From contig JBHGWS010000143.1 in assembly GCA_041936745.1 (NCBI GenBank), positions 179 through 64,178 of the forward strand: a DNA stretch of 64,000 nucleotides. The letters are read 5' to 3'. The notes under the pieces are model-generated. The model made no database searches. It had not been told where the DNA came from and saw only the letters and a program-made list of their open reading frames with translations. The DNA is from Candidatus Darwinibacter acetoxidans (GTDB lineage: Bacteria; Bacillota; Limnochordia; Darwinibacteriales; Darwinibacteriaceae). Positions 1-7,225 of the stretch are shown here, piece by piece. Numbering within the stretch: position 1 is the stretch's first letter; each line of letters begins with the position of its first letter. Position numbers and translations under genes: made by a program.

Positions 1-717
1 CAAAAAATCCCTGCCCTCCGCCGCCATGCGCCGGCTTAGGGTTTTCTGCTGCGCGGGCAGTAAAAATTGGCTGTATTGGTCCAGCCGGTAAGGATCGCCC
101 ATGTCGACCACGATAAGATCGGCCGCCGCGGCAAAGACCAGCTCCGCCACAAGCTCGTAGTTTGTCCTTACCCCGTAAGGATAACCCGCATCGGCCAGCA
201 GGATCTCCTGCCCCACAGAACCGAAGGGGGCCCTGCCCGTGGGATCCATTGCGATTAAGGGGGCCCACCGCACTTTTTCCTGCGTATCGCTGCAGCCCAG
301 TACCAAAGATGATCTGCCCGCTTGTTTTAAGGCACTGCCCAAAGCACCGGGCTTCACCGTATAACTTACGTTTTGCGCGGCCAGGAGCGGGGCTATGTAG
401 GGCAGGGCAATGGGGCCTTTTTTAAGGCCCGTATTCAACTCATAGGGGCCCGGTTCTTCTTGGGTTAAAAAAGCCGCCGCCTGGGATGTGCCTACGGCCC
501 TGGCACCTGCGCCGATGCTGAGATAACCGGCGCCGGGAGCGCTGCCGCCGCCCGCCCGCGTATTTAAAAGACCAAAAGCGACGGGGCCCTCTACATTTAA
601 ACCGGCCAGCTGCTCCCACTGCAAACCGTGCCACAAAACCAACACGACTTTGGCCTGTACAGGCAGGCTGAGGCCGCAAAGGATGATTATGGCAATTAGA
701 AGCTCAAGTCGCTTCAT
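1..717 (-). CDS. Hypothetical secreted protein, 5'-partial in window (239 aa visible; runs off window start). N-terminal signal peptide MKRLELLIAIIILCGLSLPVQA. Start ATG overlaps the stop of the upstream glycosyltransferase (ATGA).
   Basis: Hand translation of the minus strand from the ATG at 717-715 gives an uninterrupted frame to position 1 (MKRLELLIAIIILCGLSLPVQAKVVLVLWHGLQWEQLAGLNVEGPVAF...DLIVVDMGDPYRLDQYSQFLLPAQQKTLSRRMAAEGRDFL). It is absent from the supplied ORF track because it has no stop in the window. The 4-nt overlap with the GT4 stop at 714-716 suggests translational coupling. Confidence 0.5.
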   Translation of the reverse strand, partial: MKRLELLIAIIILCGLSLPVQAKVVLVLWHGLQWEQLAGLNVEGPVAFGLLNTRAGGGSAPGAGYLSIGAGARAVGTSQAAAFLTQEEPGPYELNTGLKKGPIALPYIAPLLAAQNVSYTVKPGALGSALKQAGRSSLVLGCSDTQEKVRWAPLIAMDPTGRAPFGSVGQEILLADAGYPYGVRTNYELVAELVFAAAADLIVVDMGDPYRLDQYSQFLLPAQQKTLSRRMAAEGRDFL

Positions 718-1811
718 CTGCCGACCAGCCCTTCATAAAGGGCGCGCGTGCACTCCACCATCTCTTTTTCGCCAAACAGGACGGAAACGCGCTGGAAGTT
801 GAATTCGCCCATCCTGGCGGCCTTTTCCGGCTCCTTATAAAGATGAAGTAAAGCCGCGGCCAGTTCAGGCACCTGGCCCGGGGCCGTTAAAAATCCGCCG
901 CGGTTGGGCACAACGGCTTCCCGAAAGGAAGGCAGATCGGAAACTACCACAGGCAGCCTGCTGGCCATGGCTTCCAAAACGCTTAAATTAAAACCTTCGC
1001 TTAAACTCGGCAGAGCAAAACATTCCCAACCGGCCATCAGCTGGGGCACATCATCGCGCCAGCCCAAAAAACTGACATGTCCCTCCAGGCCCAAGCCCCG
1101 GCTGTACTGCACCAACTTATCCTTTTTCGGCCCGTCGCCGACCACAATTAATTGTAAATTAGGCAGTACCTTAGCGGCCAGCGAAACTGCCTCCAAAAGG
1201 GCGGTGAGCCCTTTTCCCGGTATTAAACGGGCCACCGTGCCGACGGCCCAGGCATCAGGGGCCAACCCCTGCAGTTGGCGGGCTTTTTTTCTGGAATGCC
1301 CGGAAAATTTAGGCAGGGTAATACCGTTGCGGATCGTTAAGACCTTTCCCGCCGGTGCGTATTTAATCAGCTGGGAACGGACCGCATCGGAAACGCTGAT
1401 GATGCGGTCCATGCCTGTAAAGATCCACCGTTTGACAAAGCGGTGGCCAAGGCGGCCGAACATTGAGCCCGGTTGGGGAAGCATGTTGTGTGCCGTAAAG
1501 AGAAAACGCCCGCGGCGGGGAAAACGAGACGCCAAGCCGGTGACCAGGGCCGCTTTCAATCCATGAGCGTGTACTATCTGGGGGCGTTCTTCTTTTAAGA
1601 TCAGGCGCAACCTGCGGATCACCGCATAGTCTTGGCCGATCTTCAAGCCATCTGCCACCTCGAGCGGAATGAAGCGGCGCGTCTGTGCCCAACTCTGCAG
1701 GGCGGAAGGGCCGACCAGGACAAATTCGAAATCGGGGATGCCTGCCAACAACTGCTGTAAATGCTGCAAAATCCCGCCTTCGGCGGGGCGGACAACCAAC
1801 ACTATTTTCAT
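714..1811 (-). CDS. Glycosyltransferase family 4 (GT-B fold, group 1 glycosyltransferase)
   Basis: 365 aa. C-terminal GT1/GT4 signature EGFNLSVLEAMASRLPVVVSDLP, which carries the E-x7-E-like motif. Good RBS (AGGAGGGG) upstream of the ATG at 1811. Confidence 0.85.
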   Translation of the reverse strand: MKIVLVVRPAEGGILQHLQQLLAGIPDFEFVLVGPSALQSWAQTRRFIPLEVADGLKIGQDYAVIRRLRLILKEERPQIVHAHGLKAALVTGLASRFPRRGRFLFTAHNMLPQPGSMFGRLGHRFVKRWIFTGMDRIISVSDAVRSQLIKYAPAGKVLTIRNGITLPKFSGHSRKKARQLQGLAPDAWAVGTVARLIPGKGLTALLEAVSLAAKVLPNLQLIVVGDGPKKDKLVQYSRGLGLEGHVSFLGWRDDVPQLMAGWECFALPSLSEGFNLSVLEAMASRLPVVVSDLPSFREAVVPNRGGFLTAPGQVPELAAALLHLYKEPEKAARMGEFNFQRVSVLFGEKEMVECTRALYEGLVGR

Positions 1812-1914
1812 AACCTTCCCCTCCTGCTGTTCCTCAACTTATTTTGAACCAAATTTAATAATCAATACAGGGAATAGTAAGTGAGAAAGAATACTGAAGG
1901 AGGAAAGGAGTGGT

Positions 1915-2340
1915 TTGATGCGTCGCAGGCTGTTGCTTCTTTTCACACTGGTCATTGCCGTAGTTCTTTTCGGCGTTTTTCCCGGCCGAGCCCCGCAAAA
2001 AAAGGACGAGTCCCGCCAAGAAGTGCAGTTTCTCCGTTTCGAGCCTTCGGCCCCGGCCCCGGCCGGGCTCACCCCTTTGTGGAATTTACAAAACCACATA
2101 GATGAAATTTCCGAAGCGGCCCTTCAAAAAGACTGGGCGCTGGCTTCCCAACGGTTGCTCGATTTGGAAGACGCCTGGGCGAACCTTGGGGCCAAGCGGA
2201 AAAAACAATTGGCTGTAGAGCAAGAAATTTCCCGGGCCATAGACGAGCTGCGGTTTAAGGTTTTAAGCCGCAGCGAACGGGAGGTACTAGCCGCCGCCCA
2301 AAAGCTGACCCGGCTGGTAAGCGAGCTTTCCCCGCCTTAA
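1915..2340 (+). CDS. Hypothetical membrane-anchored or secreted protein (141 aa), function unknown
   Basis: N-terminal hydrophobic segment MMRRRLLLLFTLVIAVVLFGVF, GGAGG RBS 8 nt upstream, followed by a strong terminator. It is divergent from the GT4 gene. Confidence 0.55.
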   Translation: MMRRRLLLLFTLVIAVVLFGVFPGRAPQKKDESRQEVQFLRFEPSAPAPAGLTPLWNLQNHIDEISEAALQKDWALASQRLLDLEDAWANLGAKRKKQLAVEQEISRAIDELRFKVLSRSEREVLAAAQKLTRLVSELSPP

Positions 2341-2348
2341 AACCGGAA

Positions 2349-2389
2349 GGGGAGCGCCGCCCCTTTGAGCGAGCGCTCCCCTTTTTTTT
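2349..2389. terminator. Bidirectional rho-independent terminator shared by the convergent genes 1915..2340(+) and 2388..2588(-)
   Basis: Stem GGGGAGCGC...GCGCTCCCC followed by a T8 run on the + strand. An A-rich tract upstream lets it also serve the minus strand. Confidence 0.6.
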
Positions 2390-2588
2390 AACCTTGCTGC
2401 TCGGGGTTATCCGGGCTGGGTTTTGCTTCGGGCATCTTAATTCCCTTCTTCTCCCGGGATTTCTCCGATTCAGAGTGCCGGTCCGCTATTTCTTCCGCTG
2501 TTTCAAAAAAAGTATTAGCGCCTTCTAAACCGCCAAGCTGCGACTTCTGCCTCGCCTGCTGACGCTTTTTCTTTTTGTCCTTCGGCAC
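2388..2588 (-). CDS. Small highly charged protein (66 aa; K/E/Q-rich: MPKDKKKKRQQARQKSQ...), unknown function
   Basis: Strong RBS (GGAAGAAGGAGGTGGTGGGAAG then ATG) and ends at the bidirectional terminator. Low-complexity charged composition, so the coding call is tentative. Confidence 0.45.
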   Translation of the reverse strand: MPKDKKKKRQQARQKSQLGGLEGANTFFETAEEIADRHSESEKSREKKGIKMPEAKPSPDNPEQQG

Positions 2589-2683
2589 TTCCCACCACCT
2601 CCTTCTTCCGTTAGTATGAACGAAGGAGTTTGGAATTATAATGGAGAATACTGTAGTGAAATCAAAGGCAGGAGGCCCAATAA

Positions 2684-3568
2684 ATGAGTATAGCCATAAT
2701 CGCCAACCCCATCGCCGGACGGGGCCGGGGCGAGAAAACAGCGCATTTGGTAAAACAAATCCTGGCGGAATGGAATGTGGAATTCGAGCTGACTTTTACA
2801 AAATATCACAAACATGCCATAGAATTGGCCGCGGAGGCAAGCCGCCGACATGAAGTCGTGGCTGCGCTGGGTGGAGATGGCACCATCCGCCAGGTCCTGG
2901 AGGGAATTAGGCAGAGCGCTTCCATCCTGGGCGTTATCCCCGGGGGGACGGGCAATGACTATGCCCGCGGCCTTAAAATACCCTTAAGGACAAAAGAAGC
3001 CCTGCAGGTTTTACTCAAGCAGCACACCGCGCCTTTGGATGTGGGTTTGGCCGGGGAAAGAACGTTTGGGGTCTTGGCATCCATCGGCTTTCCCGTCGAT
3101 GTGATCGAATACGTCAATGCGCACCGGGACGGGATTTTTAAAGGGTCCCTGGCAATTGTGGCGGGAGTTGTTTCCACCATCCGCCATTTAAAGACATATC
3201 CCCTGACAATTTCCATAGATGGCAAAACTTATGAAAAAGAGGTAGCGGGGCTTTTTGTTATGAACATGCCTTACGGCGGCGGCGGTTTGAAATTCACCCC
3301 GGCAGCCCACTACAACGATGGCGTTTTTAATGTCTTCATTATAGAGAAAATATCCAAGCTGGAATTAGCCCGCACGCTGCCCAAAGTTTATTCGGGCAGG
3401 CACCTGCCGCACCCGGCCATTACCATCGTCAAGGGCCGGCAGGTAAAACTGACAGGCGATCCCCTCCCGGTCATGCTGGACGGTGATGTTTTCCAGATGG
3501 ACAACCTCTCGGCCGAAATACTGCCGCAGGCATTGAAAGTTATCGTCAAAGAAGCCCCCACCGTTTAA
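2684..3568 (+). CDS. Lipid kinase of the diacylglycerol-kinase catalytic-domain family (YegS/BmrU/DagK-like)
   Basis: 294 aa. Contains GGDGT and GVIPGGTGNDYAR, the DAGK_cat nucleotide-binding signature. RBS AGGAGG 7 nt upstream. Confidence 0.8.
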   Translation: MSIAIIANPIAGRGRGEKTAHLVKQILAEWNVEFELTFTKYHKHAIELAAEASRRHEVVAALGGDGTIRQVLEGIRQSASILGVIPGGTGNDYARGLKIPLRTKEALQVLLKQHTAPLDVGLAGERTFGVLASIGFPVDVIEYVNAHRDGIFKGSLAIVAGVVSTIRHLKTYPLTISIDGKTYEKEVAGLFVMNMPYGGGGLKFTPAAHYNDGVFNVFIIEKISKLELARTLPKVYSGRHLPHPAITIVKGRQVKLTGDPLPVMLDGDVFQMDNLSAEILPQALKVIVKEAPTV

Positions 3569-3582
3569 GGCAGGGGCTTTTT

Positions 3583-4629
3583 TTAGTCTTCAAAAGGATA
3601 CAAAATTATTTTCCCGCTTTGGCCCGCTTTCATCAATTCCAGCCCTTCTTCGATGCGGTTCATGGGCAGCCGGTGTGTAATCAAGGGCGTCAGATCGAGC
3701 CCGCCTTCCAGCAGTGCTTGGGCTTGATACCACGTTTCGTACATTTTCCTGCCGTTGATTCCCAGGACAACTGCTCCTTTAAAGACGATGGCTTCCGCCA
3801 AATTTATGGTGATCGGATCGGAAGGGATTCCTAATAAGGAGGCGGTGCCGCCATTTACTAAGCAGCTGAAAGCGTCGTTGATAGCTTTTTCATTACCGGA
3901 CATTTCCAAAAGCACGTCTATGCCCTGCCCATTTGTAGCCTCGGCAACTTTGGCGCAGAGATCTTCGCTCCGCACATCCACGGCCAAATCCACGCCAAAC
4001 TTACGGGCCAGTTCCAAACGGTAAGGGCTCACATCGCTGACAATCACCTGCCGCGCCCCGGCCCGCTTCACGATTGGAATGGCAGCAAGCCCAATGGGGC
4101 CAACACCCGTAATTAAAACCCTGGCACCGACTAAATCGGCCTCAAAGGCAGTATGCACAGCATTGCCGAAAGGATCCTGGATTGCTGCGATCTCAGGATC
4201 TACATCATAGTCCCACACCCAAATATTTTCATGGGGCACGGTCACGTACTCCGTAAAACAGCCGGCCCGATCCACGCCGATGATTTCAACCCGTTCGCAG
4301 ATGTGGCCGCGGCCTGTTTTGCAAAAACGGCAGACACCGCAGGTAAAATGAGTTTCCACGGAAACGAAGTCTCCTACTTCGACACCCTTCACGCAGGGGC
4401 CCAGTTCGACTACTTCGCCGCAGAACTCATGCCCGAAAACTAATGGGGGCCTGATTCGGCTTTGTGCCCATTGATCCCACTCATAAATATGAACATCGGT
4501 CCCGCAGATGGCACTGGCCTTGACTTTGACCAAAACTTCCCCCGCTTTTGGCTTGGGGACCGGCACCTCAATGATTTCAAGTCCGGGGCCGGGTTTGGTT
4601 TTGGCTACCGCTTTCATGGTTTTTTCCAT
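3583..4629 (-). CDS. tdh: L-threonine 3-dehydrogenase (Zn-dependent MDR/ADH family)
   Basis: 348 aa. AICGTDVHIYEWDQWAQSRI...GHEFCGEVVELG closely resembles the Tdh N-terminal zinc-binding region. Rossmann GVGPIGL also present. RBS AGGGGGATAAGAA then ATG. Confidence 0.85.
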   Translation of the reverse strand: MEKTMKAVAKTKPGPGLEIIEVPVPKPKAGEVLVKVKASAICGTDVHIYEWDQWAQSRIRPPLVFGHEFCGEVVELGPCVKGVEVGDFVSVETHFTCGVCRFCKTGRGHICERVEIIGVDRAGCFTEYVTVPHENIWVWDYDVDPEIAAIQDPFGNAVHTAFEADLVGARVLITGVGPIGLAAIPIVKRAGARQVIVSDVSPYRLELARKFGVDLAVDVRSEDLCAKVAEATNGQGIDVLLEMSGNEKAINDAFSCLVNGGTASLLGIPSDPITINLAEAIVFKGAVVLGINGRKMYETWYQAQALLEGGLDLTPLITHRLPMNRIEEGLELMKAGQSGKIILYPFED

Positions 4630-4760
4630 TTCTTATCCCCCTAAAGCAACATTTTTTATTCATTTAACACTTCCATTTGCGCCGCGAATTATCCTGCTTT
4701 ATTCGACAGGAATTGTGAGTCAAAACACGAATACTGCCTACAAGAAAGTAGGGATGCAGA

Positions 4761-5609
4761 ATGGAGCAATTGGGAATTGTTGGTGCGGGGCCCGGCGGGG
4801 CCGAACTTTTGCGCACTTTTTTGGCCATACCCGGCATAAAAATCATCGGCATTGCCGATCCTAATCCTAACAGCCCGGGAATGAAAATTGCACAGGAACA
4901 CCGCCTTTTTTCAACCGCGGATTACAGGGATTTGGCAGGCATGCCGGGCAAAAAAATGCTGTTTGATGCTACGGGGGTACCTGCGGTGGCCCAAGGCTTG
5001 CGGGAGCTGGCCGATGAGAACACGATTGTGGTCTGCCCCGATACAGCCAGGTTGATTTGGCAGATGGTAGAAGCAAAAGAAGAGGTTAACAAAGCCCTGC
5101 TTGCGGAATCCACAAGTTTATTGTCTTTTATTGAAAGCGGCCTGGAACATTTGGAGGTTTTAAATGACAAACACGGGGCGGCATTGGAAGATACGGTCCG
5201 CCAGATTGAAACCTTGTCCCAAACCACTGCTTCCAGCCACAAGCTTTTACAAGAAACGGAACAAATCATGGCTTTAATTAAAAATGTGGCCGATAAAACG
5301 CGCATTTTAGGCATCAACGCGGCAATAGAATCGGCCCGGGCCGGCGATTTGGGGCGCGGGTTCGGCGTAGTGGCCGATTCCATTCACGAGCTGGCCGCAA
5401 GTTCCGTTGCCTCCGTCCAATCCGTTTCTAAAACGATTGATGCCATTCATGAAGCCCTGCGGGTTATAGGGGAGGGTGTCAACGATTTAGTGATCCGCAT
5501 TACAGACATCGAATCAAACCAAAACACCCTGACGCAGGAGCTGCACACCACCTTGGAAGAAATGATTGAAAGCGCCGAGAAGCTTAAGGTAATAGCCGGC
5601 GAAAAATGA
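4761..5609 (+). CDS. Soluble fusion protein: N-terminal CoA-binding/Rex-like Rossmann domain joined to a C-terminal MCP signalling (hairpin-tip) domain
   Basis: 282 aa with no TM segment. The N-terminus LGIVGAGPGG...KIIGIADPNP...VPAVAQGL...IVVCP fits the CoA_binding/Rex C-terminal domain pattern. The C-terminus RILGINAAIESARAGDLGRGFGVVADSIHELAASS matches the conserved MCP signalling-domain core that contacts CheW/CheA. Confidence 0.6.
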   Translation: MEQLGIVGAGPGGAELLRTFLAIPGIKIIGIADPNPNSPGMKIAQEHRLFSTADYRDLAGMPGKKMLFDATGVPAVAQGLRELADENTIVVCPDTARLIWQMVEAKEEVNKALLAESTSLLSFIESGLEHLEVLNDKHGAALEDTVRQIETLSQTTASSHKLLQETEQIMALIKNVADKTRILGINAAIESARAGDLGRGFGVVADSIHELAASSVASVQSVSKTIDAIHEALRVIGEGVNDLVIRITDIESNQNTLTQELHTTLEEMIESAEKLKVIAGEK

Positions 5610-5610
5610 A

Positions 5611-5645
5611 AATAAAGAAGCAGCCCGCGGGGCTGCTTTAAATTT
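5611..5645. terminator. Bidirectional terminator between the + gene 4761..5609 and the minus-strand tRNA operon
   Basis: Hairpin AAGCAGCCC-GCGG-GGCTGCTT flanked by A-rich sequence upstream and T-rich sequence downstream. Confidence 0.55.
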
Positions 5646-5648
5646 TAA

Positions 5649-5726
5649 TGGGGTGAGTAACCGGATTCGAACCGGCGACCTCCAGGGCCACAACCTGGCG
5701 CTCTAACCAACTGAGCTATACCCACC
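5649..5726 (-). tRNA. tRNA-His (anticodon GTG), with G-1 and an encoded CCA
   Basis: The reverse complement folds as a cloverleaf. Acceptor GUGGGUA/UACUCAC carries an extra 5' G. Anticodon loop TTGTGGC, T-arm GGTTCGAATCC, 3' CCA. Coordinates +/-2. Confidence 0.85.
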
Positions 5727-5734
5727 GCGAGATA

Positions 5735-5810
5735 TGGCGCGCCTGGCAGGAATCGAACCTGCGGCACTCGGATTAGAAGTCCGATGCTCTATCCCCTGAG
5801 CTACAGGCGC
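5735..5810 (-). tRNA. tRNA-Arg (anticodon TCT)
   Basis: Reverse complement GCGCCTGTAGCTCAGGGGATAGAGC...anticodon loop CTTCTAA...GGTTCGATTCC...CCA. Confidence 0.85.
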
Positions 5811-5824
5811 CAAAGGCTTGAAAA

Positions 5825-5898
5825 TGGAGCGGGTGATGAGAATCGAACTCACATAGCCGGCTTGGAAGGCCGGTGCTCTACCATTGAGCTACACCCGC
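5825..5898 (-). tRNA. tRNA-Gly (anticodon TCC)
   Basis: Reverse complement GCGGGTGTAGCTCAATGGTAGAGC...anticodon loop CTTCCAA...GGTTCGATTC...CCA. Confidence 0.85.
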
Positions 5899-5906
5899 TT
5901 AAAAGA

Positions 5907-5984
5907 TGGTCGGGGCGAGAGGATTTGAACCTCCGGCCTCCTGCTCCCAAGGCAGGCGCGCTAGCCAAACTGCGCCACACCCCG
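5907..5984 (-). tRNA. tRNA-Pro (anticodon TGG)
   Basis: Reverse complement CGGGGTGTGGCGCAGTTTGGCTAGCGC...anticodon loop CTTGGGA...GGTTCAAATCC...CCA. Confidence 0.85.
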
Positions 5985-6013
5985 ACGTTTTAACCTCCAA
6001 ACTGACAATGTCA

Positions 6014-6043
6014 ATATTACCATACAAACCTTGCTCCTGTCAA
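6014..6043 (-). promoter_or_regulatory. Putative sigma-A promoter of the tRNA Pro-Gly-Arg-His operon, with an overlapping TGACA-A-TGTCA palindrome
   Basis: Minus strand reads TTGACA, an 18-nt spacer, TAATAT, then about 28 nt to the tRNA-Pro 5' end. On the plus strand the -35 element is at 6038-6043 and the -10 element at 6014-6019. The perfect 11-nt palindrome TGACAATGTCA lies at about 6003-6013, between the -10 element and the tRNA. Confidence 0.45.
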
Positions 6044-6134
6044 CCGAAACTGCCGTATTTAGATCGGTTTGCACCGGGCCGGCAAAAAGCCCGCAAACCT
6101 CAGTCCACGTAGAAAACTGCCGTTTCTCCGCCCC

Positions 6135-6208
6135 TTTTACAGTATATTCATTTCCCTGCCCACAAGTTCGCAGGCTTTTCAGCCCCGGCCGATGCCCTGC
6201 GGTACTGC
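6135..6208 (-). pseudogene. Decayed duplicate of the 3' end of kbl (last ~11 codons plus stop, then further kbl-homologous sequence after a ~50-nt deletion)
   Basis: 6135-6169 (TTTTACAGTATATTCATTTCCCTGCCCACAAGTTC) is near-identical to 7225-7258, the true kbl C-terminus [13 protein letters not shown]-stop. This copy would encode ELVGREMNIL-stop but has an in-frame TGA just upstream. 6180-6208 (CAGCCCCGGCCGATGCCCTGCGGTACTG) resembles kbl 7316-7345. Confidence 0.5.
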
Positions 6209-6264
6209 GCAGCTTCGCACTTAGTTCGCCTTAGGCCGGCAAACGCAAATGTGGAAAACCGGTT

Positions 6265-7050
6265 TTAGGTTAAGGCCTCTGTAATTCGGCCCAGGTGTTC
6301 CACAACCAAGTCAGGTTGAATTCGGGAAGTTTCAAGATCTTTCAATTGGGCTTCACCGCTGAGAACTAAGATGCTTACAATGCCCGCCGCCTGAGCCATA
6401 GCTATATCCGTATAGAGGCGATCGCCGACCATGGCCACTGTTTGGGGCTCCTGCAGGTCGAATTTAGCTTGAATTGCTGCGATCATCTCCGGATACGGTT
6501 TACCTATTATCTTTGCTTCTACGCCGGTGGCGGCGGTGATCAAAGCAGTCATAGAACCGCAGTCCGGGATGGGGCCCTCCGGAGTGGGGCAGTTTAAATC
6601 AGGGTGGGTGGCTATGAAAGGCAGCCCCCGGCGGATGAACTGGCAGGCCAAGCGGAGTTTTTCATAGGTTAAGGTTAAATCAAAACCGAGGACCACTGCT
6701 TTAGGATCCTTGGAGGTAAGCACAAACCCTGCCTCCGTGAATTCTTTTTCTAAAGACGGGGTACCCACTAAGTACAGTTCCCGGGGGTAATTATATTTTT
6801 TTAGATAAAAAATAGTAGCCTGGCCGGCCGTAAAAACCTGATGGGCGTCGATTTCAATCCCCATTTTTTTAAGTTTGTCCACGTAATAGCCGCTGTTTTT
6901 GGAGGAATTGTTGGTCACAAAAATGAAGGATTTTCCTAATTTGCGCATAGTTTCCACAAAGGGAAGCGACCAGGGAAAGAGGCGGTCGCCTAAATAGATG
7001 GTGCCGTCCAGATCGAGTAAGAAAGTTTCAATTGAATGTAATTGTTTCAC
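6265..7050 (-). CDS. HAD-superfamily subfamily IIA hydrolase (NagD/YutF-like sugar-phosphate phosphatase)
   Basis: 261 aa. N-terminal FLLDLDGTIY (HAD motif I, DxD), internal FVTNNS, C-terminal VGDRLYTDIAMAQAAG (motif IV). Confidence 0.8.
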   Translation of the reverse strand: MKQLHSIETFLLDLDGTIYLGDRLFPWSLPFVETMRKLGKSFIFVTNNSSKNSGYYVDKLKKMGIEIDAHQVFTAGQATIFYLKKYNYPRELYLVGTPSLEKEFTEAGFVLTSKDPKAVVLGFDLTLTYEKLRLACQFIRRGLPFIATHPDLNCPTPEGPIPDCGSMTALITAATGVEAKIIGKPYPEMIAAIQAKFDLQEPQTVAMVGDRLYTDIAMAQAAGIVSILVLSGEAQLKDLETSRIQPDLVVEHLGRITEALT

Positions 7051-7125
7051 GGAATTCCTCCCCGCGGATTCGATTCTTGTTTGTTATGTTTGCGACGGGG
7101 TTTTGGGAATTATGGCGCCAATGGC

Positions 7126-7191
7126 TCTTTTAGGGCCCTAAAAGAGCGGGCGGTGGGAATCGTCCCCCGCCCGGCTTTTTCAAGCTCATCC
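7126..7191. terminator. Two adjacent hairpins downstream of kbl forming a bidirectional terminator region
   Basis: Perfect palindrome GCTCTTTTAGGGCCCTAAAAGAGC at 7126-7150, then GCGGGCGG...CCGCCCG followed by a T5 run on the + strand and an A/T tract on the minus strand. Confidence 0.55.
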
Positions 7192-7225
7192 CATTTGGGG
7201 CCGGCAACTGCCCCTGCCACATTTT

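Noticed and set aside
904-1566. Long antisense ORFs inside well-supported genes (e.g. 904-1566 + inside GT4; 28468-29109 + inside yvcK; 37759-38442 + and 38536-39189 + inside nnr; 33940-34485 - inside the ABC ATPase; 4922-5383 - inside the MCP-fusion gene).
   Set aside because: These are typical mirror ORFs generated by GC-rich, codon-biased coding sequence on the opposite strand. None has an RBS or recognisable motifs, and each is fully contained in a gene with strong family signatures.
5784-6234. Track ORFs 5784-5993, 5906-6112 and 6031-6234 on the + strand across the tRNA cluster.
   Set aside because: They are read straight through tRNA-Arg, tRNA-Gly and tRNA-Pro and the kbl-remnant; they are spurious.
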